Positions 20,024 through 30,196 of a stretch of DNA of 64,000 nt are shown one piece after another. The translations under genes were made by a program, and so were the position numbers. The stretch's first letter is position 1; each line of letters starts with the position of its first letter. Under the pieces are notes generated by a model. It made no database searches. It worked only from the letters and a program-made list of their open reading frames with translations, and was not told the DNA's origin. The DNA comes from Promethearchaeota archaeon (GTDB lineage: Archaea > Asgardarchaeota > Lokiarchaeia > Sigyniarchaeales > SOKP01), in the NCBI GenBank assembly GCA_019058445.1, contig JAHPZA010000001.1, positions 32,001 through 96,000 on the forward strand, written 5' to 3'.

Positions 20024-21038
20024 ATAATTCCACGAAATCCTTTTCAGTATCCATCTTTTCTAAATCTTTTAATTTAATTACAGGAACTTTAATATTATCA
20101 CTGGTTAATCTTATTTTATGATTTGATAATTTAAAATCATCATTCACAATGAAAAACGCGTTTTTATGAAAAAATTTCGCAAACGATCTAAGATGATGAA
20201 GGTTTAATTTTGCAACTTTTGTAGTGTCTTGGGAAAGTCCAGATAACACCGGATAAAATTCATCACCGGTATTTAAAACGTAATTATTCGAAGAAATGGA
20301 AAATTCAAAAGGGAGTTGTCCTTTCTTATACCAAATGGTTGAAACTCCAATATCCTCAAAAATATCTTGAAGATGTGATTCAACATCAGTAAGGTCTCGT
20401 TTTTGGGATTTTTCTTCTTGAATGAAGTTCACCTTAATTTGCCATTCGAATACGTTAATTTTTCTAAAAATTGTTTTGTCATCAAGGATTTGGAGTATTT
20501 TCTCAGCAATTTTTTGAGAAGGACGCATCGTTTCATTTTCATAAGAACATAGAGTTCGTTTTGTGACTCCTAACTGTTCAGAGATTTCCTTTCGAGATAT
20601 ACTTTTTTGTTCTCTTATAGATTTCACTAAATTTCCATCAAGGAAAATAATTTTTCCTCCTTTTCTACTCAAGCATGTAGGGTAGATATTACTATTCAGA
20701 ATCATAGATATTGTTCTACTTGAGATAAATGGCAGATCTTCTCGTAGATATATAGTATTATCTTCTAGTTTATTGTAGCGATTCTTGATTCCAATTAGTA
20801 ATGGATGACAGTCCAATAACATACATAAATTCTTTAAATTTTCAATGACAGATTCATTTAAATTATCGATATTAGGAAAAACTTTTACTAAATAAATCAA
20901 GTTATTCTTTTTTATTAAAAAGTCAACACAAAACTTAGTTTTCTTATTTAGTATATCATGAAAAGTTAAAATTTCATAGTTATTTTTCTTAAATAAGGAC
21001 TCAAGACCTTGAAGAATATTATCTACCATTATTTCCAT
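20010..21038 (-). CDS. Conserved archaeal HTH regulator (COG1395-like); chimera of element-supplied 5' part and host 3' part
   Basis: NID motif, LED..IY.R..LP.I, GG..IFLDG, Cro/C1 HTH (SRKEISEQLGVTKRTLCSYE). The first ~127 aa are paralogous to 54204-54605. Confidence 0.85.
   Translation of the reverse strand: MEIMVDNILQGLESLFKKNNYEILTFHDILNKKTKFCVDFLIKKNNLIYLVKVFPNIDNLNESVIENLKNLCMLLDCHPLLIGIKNRYNKLEDNTIYLREDLPFISSRTISMILNSNIYPTCLSRKGGKIIFLDGNLVKSIREQKSISRKEISEQLGVTKRTLCSYENETMRPSQKIAEKILQILDDKTIFRKINVFEWQIKVNFIQEEKSQKRDLTDVESHLQDIFEDIGVSTIWYKKGQLPFEFSISSNNYVLNTGDEFYPVLSGLSQDTTKVAKLNLHHLRSFAKFFHKNAFFIVNDDFKLSNHKIRLTSDNIKVPVIKLKDLEKMDTEKDFVELFEES
20659..20672. repeat. Left junction: CCT core plus arm TTCTACTCAA
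   Basis: Arm 20663-20672 matches the reverse complement of 54204-54213 (TTTTACTTAA) at 8/10. The CCT falls at the codon where protein similarity between the two gene copies ends. Confidence 0.6.
20838..20892. repeat. 55-bp direct repeat, copy 1 (1 mismatch to 54393-54447)
   Basis: ATTTTCAATGACAGATTCATTTAAATTATCGATATT[A/T]GGAAAAACTTTTACTAAA, read directly from the sequence. Confidence 0.9.
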
Positions 21039-21594
21039 TATGTGAATAACATAAATGAATAAAAAATTTTTCTATTTATTTCAAATTATTTTTTGAAATT
21101 GTTGTATATTTAAACTCTACAGATTTCAAATTTTTGAAATATTTCTTAAATTTCTAATTGTTAAATACACTCTTAAAATTAATATACAAAATAAATGCAT
21201 TAGACTAAGAGTAGAAGAAGTTTATAGCACAAATAAACACATCCTAAAAATTACCTATAAATTATTGCCTATTAATATTTTATGCATACTAAAATCAATT
21301 CATAGATGAATTAATCATATGATAAGGAATAATTAATAAATCTGTGAACAATTTAAAAAAACCAATTATACCTTTTCTTTGACATTCCTTCCAGATTCCA
21401 TAAGGTATCCCGTACATTGTGAAAAAACATATAGTAATGTATGGCTAAATCCCGAAGTGTGACCAAATCATCTAAGTTTGTAGTATCTACGAGCTTTTTG
21501 GAGATTTTCTAATTTTTTTTACAATAATCCTAGTAATATTTACAATGGGATTCCTAATTTTAAAAATATTTTACTATGAAAATTTGAAATATAA

Positions 21595-22701
21595 TTAATG
21601 ATTTATTACAAAATCAATGAAAAATTCCATTTGTTTTTTTATAATTTCTACAAACTTAGTTCTTATTAAATTTAGAGAATTAATATTATGAAGTACCTTG
21701 TTCCTCAGACCATAGGTCAAGAGAAAACTATTATGGATTGGGTCATTGGAACGATAATTATTGTTAAGAACATGTATTAATGTATTTTCCAGCTGAGATT
21801 CCTCAAAGTCGGCATTTATACCCCGTTCTGTATTCCAGAGATAAATATCATTACATAATTTAATGTAAATATTATATAATGTGGCATTATTGCTCAATGA
21901 ACCCCTTAATTTTAGCTTACAAGTCGATTCAATCAAAAGACAAATATCACCTATTATGCTTGCTAAAGTCAATTCACCTAAGGTTGAGTTGAAATAATCA
22001 CTCCGTATTTTAAAATATCGGTTTAACTTATACATTCTAGATGTAAAAAAACAAATGTGATCTAACCACTCCATATAATTTGAACTTATTGTAGAAGGAA
22101 TATCTAAGAAATTCGAATAGAAATCATCAAAAGAATGACTACCTAAAAATTGATTTTCTATGAACCTTACAATCGATAAAACAGCTGAATCTTGAAGAGA
22201 TCTATCTAAAGTAATTAATTGAAATGATGGGGTTCTAGGAAAATTATCTTGCCCTCTATGTTTGAGGTGATCTTCTTTTAAACTAAGGTGAATTTTTAAT
22301 AATCCATCTTCAAATTTCGCATGTTTCAATTCATATCTTCCCATATTGTAGTAAGCGGCTCCTTTATGCGTATGGACTCCTACATCATCTTCATATTTAA
22401 TAATTTTTGTTAAAAAATCAACTGTATTCCAATATAGTTTTTTACTGGGGGTTCTTTGGTAATTACAAATTAGAGAGTAAAGAATATCGTCAATTGGGGC
22501 ATAATTAACGCCAATATCGGGGAGAGGAGTTAATGCAGCTTCAAATTGCTCAACATCCCTCTTTATTGGGTGAGGAAATGAGTTATAAAGGGCATAAAAA
22601 TTGCTATCAGTTTGGTGATTTAAATATTGCTGCAAATTTTCTTTCAAATTTTCTGATTGAATATCATCTAATCCAAAACTTCTGAAATCAATATCAATCA
22701 T
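21595..22701 (-). CDS. Putative HEPN RNase with a TPR-like helix
   Basis: C-terminal Rx4H motif LRNKVLH; HKGAAYYNMG TPR-like segment. Confidence 0.6.
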   Translation of the reverse strand: MIDIDFRSFGLDDIQSENLKENLQQYLNHQTDSNFYALYNSFPHPIKRDVEQFEAALTPLPDIGVNYAPIDDILYSLICNYQRTPSKKLYWNTVDFLTKIIKYEDDVGVHTHKGAAYYNMGRYELKHAKFEDGLLKIHLSLKEDHLKHRGQDNFPRTPSFQLITLDRSLQDSAVLSIVRFIENQFLGSHSFDDFYSNFLDIPSTISSNYMEWLDHICFFTSRMYKLNRYFKIRSDYFNSTLGELTLASIIGDICLLIESTCKLKLRGSLSNNATLYNIYIKLCNDIYLWNTERGINADFEESQLENTLIHVLNNNYRSNDPIHNSFLLTYGLRNKVLHNINSLNLIRTKFVEIIKKQMEFFIDFVINH

Positions 22702-23277
22702 TCTTAAATCTAGATTATAAATTATATCTTTTAATTAATATTTTACCTATTCATAATTTATACATTTGAGAAAAAGACCTTCAGTCTTTCGAATTGTTAA
22801 TTACCACAAAATCCATATTCCCCTTTATATGTAAAATATCACCTATCGCGGAATGAATAAGAAGATATTATGAAGTATAAATGGATCTATTAAACTGATG
22901 ATGGTAAAACAAAAAAAGCAAAAAGGAATCATAATATTTTGCAATTAATCATCGTATTTCTTTATTCATTACTAAATGGATATTCATTTATAATAGTATA
23001 AAATATTAAGGTCAAAATTGTTCATAGATGTATGAACTATTACAATAAAACATTTCATCCTTCTATGATTTATTGTATAATCTCATCCCACAAATTTATA
23101 TGCCTTACTTCTATTTAACATTTAAGAAAGAATCAAATAATTCAGTCTTACATTGGATTTCGCTCTGTTAAGACTTTTTTGGAAGCTTAACACTCTCTCT
23201 TTTTTGCATTTTGGATTGGATTTGGATTCCTTTCTTTTCCTATTTTTTAATTAGAATTTATTTAAATAATATTGGAT

Positions 23278-23500
23278 TTTAAAAAGGGCGACTCCTTGCC
23301 ACGCAACCTCAATACAAGGTCAAAAAATAAATAGGGGGAGGAGGGCAAAATCAAAGTGTATTTTCATACACTAACCAAAAGACAAAAATCCAGGGTGTGG
23401 CAGGAGTCATAGTTTTTGGTCTAACAATAATAATCTACAATAGTATTTATAAACTCTTAAGTGAAAATATAATATGGATTGGCAATATTCATTCCTCAGG
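23278..23500. repeat. ~220-bp direct repeat, copy 1 (copy 2 at 40615-40832)
   Basis: Near-identical over the first ~150 bp, then decaying similarity through the TATA-containing flank. Confidence 0.92.
23281..23422 (-). ncRNA. Candidate ~140-nt structured small RNA, copy 1
   Basis: Closing stem GACUCCUGCCAC/GUGGCAAGGAGUC; hairpins AGUGUAU-GAAA-AUACACU and ACCUU-GUAUU-GAGGU; TTTATAAA at 23446-23453; U5 tract at the 3' end; no ORF conserved between copies. Confidence 0.6.
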
Positions 23501-23759
23501 TAAAATATTCCTTCTTTTTATTTACTAAATGAGAAATAAAGCAATATCATTTTACAACTTAAAAGTTATTCAATAGATAATATTAAAGTTCTTATTTCCT
23601 TAATAGCTCTTATAATTTTGAATTAGAAAAGCAAAAAAATATTTATTTACTTAAATATAATTTTGTAAAGCCATTTATTATATGAATACATAAAAAAAAT
23701 CCATCCAATTTAAAAATATTGAAATCTATTGTAAACAATACAAATGAAGTGATATTATT

Positions 23760-24869
23760 ATGATATATCCAGAAACGATTGAAGTAAGCGATGTTAAAAG
23801 GATAGAGAGTCATGCTAATATAATATTATTGCCATCGGAGTTTTATAAATTTATAAATATTGAAGGTTTTAAAACTGTGTTTTTCAAGAACAGAGAACTA
23901 TTTGTGTTTAAAGATGGTGTATATATTGGGACACCGATATTAAATAATTATAAAACCTATGAGGAACTCGCAATAAAAATTGAATCGTTGCTGGAAAAAG
24001 GATTTAAAACACCCATTGAAATTTTAGAAGGATATCTTTTTGACTTAGAGGATTATAATTTATATTTAGAATTTAAGGAGAGTAGCTTTAAAAGATCGGT
24101 TTCACTTTCCGGAAATTTAAGAAATATAAACCGATCTGATTTTTCCCGTGAATATGAACTATTTTTAGAAGCTAAAAAATTTGGAAGTACTGAAAGAAGT
24201 ATTTTTCAAGAAGCTAAGAATGTTGGAATCCCCACATTTGAAGAATATACCAAATTCAAAGAGAGTGATTTTTACTATGGAACTCCTTCAAATTTTAATA
24301 GAAATAAAAATACTTATATTGAAAAGTATAGGGAATTCGTAGGAGCATCAAAAGGGGGTTTTATATCAAGAGATCAATATCTTGAAGCTAAAATGAAGGG
24401 ATTTAGCAATAAAGAAATTTATGATAAATTTATTAAAAGTGGTTGTAAAACTAAACAAGAATATGAAAATTATTTACCTTACATTGAAGATTTACCGAAA
24501 ATACTTGAACCAATGGGAGAAGATATCTTACATACTTTAAGAGAGGCAGATGAATTTTATAATAGTAAAAAATATGGAGAATTTTATAAAAAAAGGTATT
24601 TAATAATAGAAAACATTTCTAAAAGAGCTTGTGAAGAAATTCTTCAAAAAAGACCTAAAAATACAGTAATTGAGGAAATTTTGAATGAATTAGAATTAAC
24701 CACTAAGACTAAAATTGTAAATAAAGATAAAATGAAAAAGTATAGAGAATTGAGGAATGATGTAACTCATGAATTAAAGAATCCAATCACTAGAGAAATT
24801 GCAGATAATGCACGTACTTTTTTTGATGAATTATATACCAACTTAAAAGTCACACTTGAGAAAAATTAA
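23760..24869 (+). CDS. Repeat-containing protein with C-terminal HEPN-like domain
   Basis: Short EA(K)xxGF/I...Y repeats in the middle; LRNDVTH Rx4H motif near the C-terminus. Confidence 0.55.
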   Translation: MIYPETIEVSDVKRIESHANIILLPSEFYKFINIEGFKTVFFKNRELFVFKDGVYIGTPILNNYKTYEELAIKIESLLEKGFKTPIEILEGYLFDLEDYNLYLEFKESSFKRSVSLSGNLRNINRSDFSREYELFLEAKKFGSTERSIFQEAKNVGIPTFEEYTKFKESDFYYGTPSNFNRNKNTYIEKYREFVGASKGGFISRDQYLEAKMKGFSNKEIYDKFIKSGCKTKQEYENYLPYIEDLPKILEPMGEDILHTLREADEFYNSKKYGEFYKKRYLIIENISKRACEEILQKRPKNTVIEEILNELELTTKTKIVNKDKMKKYRELRNDVTHELKNPITREIADNARTFFDELYTNLKVTLEKN

Positions 24870-25029
24870 TATAAACAATCCTTTTTAAAAAAGAAAAACA
24901 GCTTTTATTCCATTCTCCTTGATAATTAAAGTCCCATCGTAGTCCCACTCTCATTTCTAACGGGATTAAGAAAAGAATAAAGAAAGTTTTTCTATTAAAA
25001 ATAGAAAGTCATAAAAAATAGTTAAAAAA

Positions 25030-25632
25030 TTACTGTCTAAAATTTATTTTTAGAATGTCTGAGAAATCTAATTTTTGGTTTAGATTTCCCCGAAAATATT
25101 TTCTTCTAGTGTAATTATGCTTCCAATATTTTCTAAGGTTCTCTAAAAATTTATCTATAATTTTAACTCCATTTTCAGGAATAATATGTCCTGGAAAAGC
25201 TCCAAATAAATCTGGTCGAAAAAATTCACCTTCTTTAAAAGAATGCTTTTCAAAATAACCTCTCTTATGCAGTATATATTTTTCTCCATTAATATAGAAA
25301 TTTACGTGAAAATGAGTTTTATTATTACTAAATAGTCCTAAAAATTTTCCACACTCACTATAATTTTGGACAAGAATATCACTATAAAAATATTTATCAA
25401 TTCGGTTCTTTTTAAGAACCTCAATTATTTTTACTCGCTCTGAATCATCAAAACTTTCATTCTTCAGTTTATGATTCGCTATTATAGTTTTATATTCATA
25501 AAAGATTAATTTTTCAATAATTTCATAATAATTCCTAACTCGTTTAGTTAAGAGCCGATCATCCATAAAATGATCCCAAAACACGATTCCTATGGCGATA
25601 ATACCAATAATTCCACTGATATAATATAACAA
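25030..25632 (-). CDS. Hypothetical membrane-anchored protein
   Basis: N-terminal hydrophobic helix. The frame stays open upstream to about 25716 with a second hydrophobic helix, so the true start is uncertain. Confidence 0.5.
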   Translation of the reverse strand: MLYYISGIIGIIAIGIVFWDHFMDDRLLTKRVRNYYEIIEKLIFYEYKTIIANHKLKNESFDDSERVKIIEVLKKNRIDKYFYSDILVQNYSECGKFLGLFSNNKTHFHVNFYINGEKYILHKRGYFEKHSFKEGEFFRPDLFGAFPGHIIPENGVKIIDKFLENLRKYWKHNYTRRKYFRGNLNQKLDFSDILKINFRQ

Positions 25633-25930
25633 ATTAAATAATATTCCTAAAACAATTGAACATATAACAAGTATTATAAGAAATAATGGAGAAACATTTT
25701 CTCTTTTAATGAACCTTCACCCTTTTAGATACACAATTATATTTTCTAATTTTCAAGGATATAAAGAAAACACACCTATTTAAATGTAGTAAGAAGGATG
25801 TTTATTTGTATTGAAGTCTATTAATCAATAAATAAGTATATTAAATATTATTAACATGAAATTCTATTCTTGATATAATAAATGTTATTTTATCACAAAA
25901 TCATTTTTCACATGATAAAATCCAGAAATT

Positions 25931-28900
25931 ATGACTAATCCAACAATTTATGAAGTCGCCAGCAAATTAAAGCCATCATATAAGTATATTGATTTTAGAG
26001 CAGCATATTATAAAGATGAAAATAATAATTTGAAGCATATTGTTTCAGTTTTCAGATTTACTAATAAAGAGTGGGATGATATCGATTTAATCCATACTAA
26101 CTTAAAAGCAAATTTTGAGAATAGCGATTTATTTCATATTGAATTCGAGATTTTATCACTTGATCAATGGGAAAGCAAATGGAACGAAATTAATGATATG
26201 CTTTTAAGTATTCAGAAAAATTTTAATTTAAATCAATTAAAATTAGATAAAAATATAAGAAATAGGAGATATACTCCTTGGATTTCAGAAAATGATTTAG
26301 AATTTAACTCTATCCAATTTAATATATTGATAGAAAGTCCCCAAGCTCATCATAATAAATTCCAATTTCTATTAGGTCATGAAGATTTACGTAGTAAGGG
26401 ATATGAGTCTATATATCCAATTATTTCCAAAGAATTACAAATAAAAGAATACAATATAAACACTCCTTTATATTCAACCTTTATTTTTCCAATATATTCA
26501 AATATTTCTAATTTAAATTTTACAAATAGATATCTTGTAGGTGATATCGAATTTAATGAAATTTATCAAAACTCTCGTATTTTTATTGAATATTATCTTA
26601 GAGGGCAATCAATAGGAAGAATTGGAGAATTTTTAATAGAAGACCGTAAGGATGAGATCCAAGATGAAAACTCCATACTGAATAAGAAATTACATTTCAG
26701 AATATTTATAGATCAGAAAGAACTTGAAAATGAACCACTTAATTCTCTATTATTAATAAAATTTTATTTTCAGCCGTTAAACTTGAATGTATTAGAATAT
26801 GAATCCTATTATGATTCTATAAGAACACAGATTAAAAATATAGACATATTACCTCAAGATCTCCTAAAAGTTATAAATCCTATATTAGAATTCAACCTTA
26901 TAGAAAGAAGGGAGTTTCATGAAAAATCTAAGAAATATATAAAAGAATTAAACTTGGGAGAAATAAAACTAAAATTCCAAATTTTAAAGTCAAATATTGA
27001 ATGGCTTGAAAACAATGAAAATAAAAAGATACTCAATGATTTTTTTATAAGCGCTGCCAATCAAAATAATGTAGGATATTTCAATGTGTTCCGAGAATTA
27101 ATAATATTTATATTTGATAGCACCATTAAGCAGAAACTCATTGAAGATAATGATTTAATTTCGAGAATAAATGATTTTATCATCCAGTTTAATATTATTG
27201 CTTCATATGATTATAAATTATATTCCTATAATGAATCTTTAGAAAAGATTCATGATAAAATAAAATACATTTATGATAAATATTTTAGGAGAGAGCCAAA
27301 ATGTCACTCAATAGTAGATAACTATTTTTTAGAAACTTACAATATTGAATTTCCAAATTTATTTTTAGAATGTCATTATGCAATAACAGAAGATATGGAT
27401 TGTGTAGTACATCTGATTTACAATAATCCTAAACATTTCGATTATAATAATATTTATATACATTTTTGGATTTTTACAGGTAAAAATAAAGAAAACATCT
27501 GGGCAGATCTAGATAAAAATACACTTGGGAATATTAGTAGGTTTATTAATGAAATACTTAATTTACATTTGATTGAACTCAAATCAAAGATTGATATTCC
27601 CTATCAATTTAAAATTGGACCGTCTATTAAAAAAGAGCAATTGTCTGAGGAAGATTTATTATGGATAAAACAAGATCGATTTTCTCTTGTAAAATGGAAA
27701 TTTGAGGGAAAAGATTATGATTTTAAAAGGTTTAATATATTTGTTGGTAAAAACAATAGTGGCAAAACTTATGCCTTAGAAAAAATATATTTAGAAAGGG
27801 AATCATTAAAAATAGATAATCCTTCAATTAGAGATAATTTTAAGGACAATTACAGACCTCATGAATCAATTGAGTTTTTCTTTATTCCGAAATCTAGAGT
27901 TTTAGATAGTCATATAGGAAAAAGAAAGAATCCAATAAATGCTCTTATCAATTTTTTTCAATCATTAGATAAGCTAAAAAGCAATCCAATATATGAGAAT
28001 ACTCAAGCGAAAGAATTTAGCGAACAGTATGAAGATTATAGGATGAGTAACATTTGGAAAATCCCTAATTTTTTACAGTTAATTGATTTATGCTCTTACG
28101 ATTATAAAAATGATTCCCGACTAGAATCTGGGGATATTCAGCTAATTAACAGCAATCAGGGAGAGATTTTATTTAGGCATTTGGAAAAGACTTATCAAAA
28201 ATGGGTTGACAAAATTGAGCATTTTTTCCCAGATATTCGAATTAATCGTGTAAAAGATAAAGGGGTTGAGGGTGATATTCAAATAGAAATAGAAGATAAA
28301 GTTTTAAATCGCAAAATCTATAATTGGGAAGAATACGGTTCTGGAACCCACGAATTATTTAATTTGATTTTTCTTATTGAATTTTTAAAATGTGTTCCTG
28401 CGATTAATTCCAATCAATTCAAATTATTACTAGCAAATCAATTAGACTTAACAAATAAATCAGATTATTTTATTGCACCAGTCAGAAATAATCGTGTAAT
28501 ATTAATTGATGAACCTGAAATTAGCCTGCATCCTTCACTTCAAAAGGATTTTTTTCAGTATTTATATGACTCATCTCAATTAATTCAAATATTTATCGCA
28601 ACGCAATCGTCTCATTTCCTTGAGATTAGAGGATTTGAAGAAAAACTGAATAAAGATATAGCTGTTTTTTTATGCAAGAAAGAATCCAAATTATCCAACA
28701 AATTTTTAAAAATCCCAATAAATAAATTAAATTACATTAAAATAATTGATGAGATTTTTAATTATAATCCCCTAGATACAGCCTTTTACCTTTCTAAAAA
28801 TAATTATCAGCACCTTTTAAATGCAGATTTCGAAGTATTCGAATTGGATATGATAAAAAGATTACAAAGTAATAGATCAGATTACGACTCTAATTTTAAT

Positions 28901-29911
28901 AAATTGAAACAATTAGGGACTCTAAATGAAGTTTATGATATGAGATTAATACAGAATGTACTTCTATTGATATCAAATCCACTTGAAGTTGATTTAAATG
29001 ACAAAGACATAGAGATTAAATTACTTAAGCAAATCATTATTTGCCCAATGAACAAAAATAAAAAAATAATAGAGAATAAAAAGGAAAGATATTGGCATTT
29101 TATAGAGTCAAATTGGGATATTAATATTGCAAAGAAATACAGTGTATTAAAATATAATCAGGAACAGAAAGAAATCGTGAAGAATATAATAACTACGAAA
29201 CTTTCTAAAATTAAAGAAAATGGAATTGAAGAATATGGATCACTTCTTGTATTTCCTGAAAACTCAATTCCTTATGATAGTATTGAAGATTTAATTGATT
29301 ATGCTAAATCAAATAAAATTATAATTGTTGGTGGTATGGAGCATTCTAAAGTATCGGAAATTGAACTGAATTTAAATAAAATTAAGATAAAATATCCAAA
29401 TCGAATATTTACTGATAACTACAAAAAAATCGTTGCAGATCAAGAAATTAATGATGATATATTTATCAATCAAGCCATTATCATTAATGCTGATCAGTTC
29501 ATTTGCTTTCAAATTAAAAATGTGCCTTTTTATCATTTAAAATCTAACTCTCAGGAGGGCATTCCAATAATATTTAATCCTTACTTTAAGAAAATTAAGA
29601 CTGTTGTAGGGAATGTGTCGGTATTTATTTGTAAAGATTTTTTAGTAAATTATGAGATTATTGACAAATGGATGGATAAAAATAATATCAGAACAATTGT
29701 TATTCCCTCATTTACGGGATTGGTTAATCCTTTTAGAAATAAATTTGGAGATTTAATACACAACACCCAAAATACGGATAAATCTTTTATATTTGTTAAT
29801 ATGGCTGAATATGGAGGTTCTGGAATATATAATTATAAAAATGAAAGAGATTTTGAACCTGGAGAAGATGGTCCATTTAAATCTCAGGATGAAAAATGCC
29901 GTTTTTTTTAA
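25931..29911 (+). CDS. Large ABC-type (OLD/AAA_15-like) ATPase fused to a C-terminal nitrilase/C-N hydrolase domain
   Basis: Walker A GKNNSGKT, signature YGSGTHE, Walker B ILIDEPEISLHP, ATQS switch; nitrilase triad motifs LVFPENS (E), QIKN (K), FICKDF (C). Confidence 0.8.
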   Translation: MTNPTIYEVASKLKPSYKYIDFRAAYYKDENNNLKHIVSVFRFTNKEWDDIDLIHTNLKANFENSDLFHIEFEILSLDQWESKWNEINDMLLSIQKNFNLNQLKLDKNIRNRRYTPWISENDLEFNSIQFNILIESPQAHHNKFQFLLGHEDLRSKGYESIYPIISKELQIKEYNINTPLYSTFIFPIYSNISNLNFTNRYLVGDIEFNEIYQNSRIFIEYYLRGQSIGRIGEFLIEDRKDEIQDENSILNKKLHFRIFIDQKELENEPLNSLLLIKFYFQPLNLNVLEYESYYDSIRTQIKNIDILPQDLLKVINPILEFNLIERREFHEKSKKYIKELNLGEIKLKFQILKSNIEWLENNENKKILNDFFISAANQNNVGYFNVFRELIIFIFDSTIKQKLIEDNDLISRINDFIIQFNIIASYDYKLYSYNESLEKIHDKIKYIYDKYFRREPKCHSIVDNYFLETYNIEFPNLFLECHYAITEDMDCVVHLIYNNPKHFDYNNIYIHFWIFTGKNKENIWADLDKNTLGNISRFINEILNLHLIELKSKIDIPYQFKIGPSIKKEQLSEEDLLWIKQDRFSLVKWKFEGKDYDFKRFNIFVGKNNSGKTYALEKIYLERESLKIDNPSIRDNFKDNYRPHESIEFFFIPKSRVLDSHIGKRKNPINALINFFQSLDKLKSNPIYENTQAKEFSEQYEDYRMSNIWKIPNFLQLIDLCSYDYKNDSRLESGDIQLINSNQGEILFRHLEKTYQKWVDKIEHFFPDIRINRVKDKGVEGDIQIEIEDKVLNRKIYNWEEYGSGTHELFNLIFLIEFLKCVPAINSNQFKLLLANQLDLTNKSDYFIAPVRNNRVILIDEPEISLHPSLQKDFFQYLYDSSQLIQIFIATQSSHFLEIRGFEEKLNKDIAVFLCKKESKLSNKFLKIPINKLNYIKIIDEIFNYNPLDTAFYLSKNNYQHLLNADFEVFELDMIKRLQSNRSDYDSNFNKLKQLGTLNEVYDMRLIQNVLLLISNPLEVDLNDKDIEIKLLKQIIICPMNKNKKIIENKKERYWHFIESNWDINIAKKYSVLKYNQEQKEIVKNIITTKLSKIKENGIEEYGSLLVFPENSIPYDSIEDLIDYAKSNKIIIVGGMEHSKVSEIELNLNKIKIKYPNRIFTDNYKKIVADQEINDDIFINQAIIINADQFICFQIKNVPFYHLKSNSQEGIPIIFNPYFKKIKTVVGNVSVFICKDFLVNYEIIDKWMDKNNIRTIVIPSFTGLVNPFRNKFGDLIHNTQNTDKSFIFVNMAEYGGSGIYNYKNERDFEPGEDGPFKSQDEKCRFF

Positions 29912-30196
29912 TTAGTTATATAATAAGAATATATCATTATCATTAAACAACAAGAGTAAATATTTTATTAGGTCTTTCTAATATTCTTCTCTTATTTTAT
30001 AGTTAAATTATATTATGAATGCAAATCGGAGTTTTTCTAACGATATCAATATTTAACAATTTATATATCTATGAAGTATTTTTACCCTTGATAAAATTTT
30101 AATTATTAAGATTTTAACATAAAGACTTTACTTAATTTTTTAAATAAGAGTTAGATATTAATAAAACTGAAAATATTTGTATGTGGATGTAATACA

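Noticed and set aside
20650-20675. Junction as a Xer/dif site
   Set aside because: The reconstituted empty site has no dyad and the shared core is only 3 bp, unlike dif sites with a 6-bp spacer.
23290-23408. Repeat interpreted as a MITE
   Set aside because: Similarity between the copies extends ~90 bp past one inverted end and ~12 bp past the other, and there is no target duplication.
23350-23410. 19-aa hydrophobic peptide MTPATPWIFVFWLVYENTL in repeat copy 1 (type I toxin?)
   Set aside because: Copy 2 has a 1-nt deletion that shifts the frame and stops at codon 13, while the base pairing is kept.
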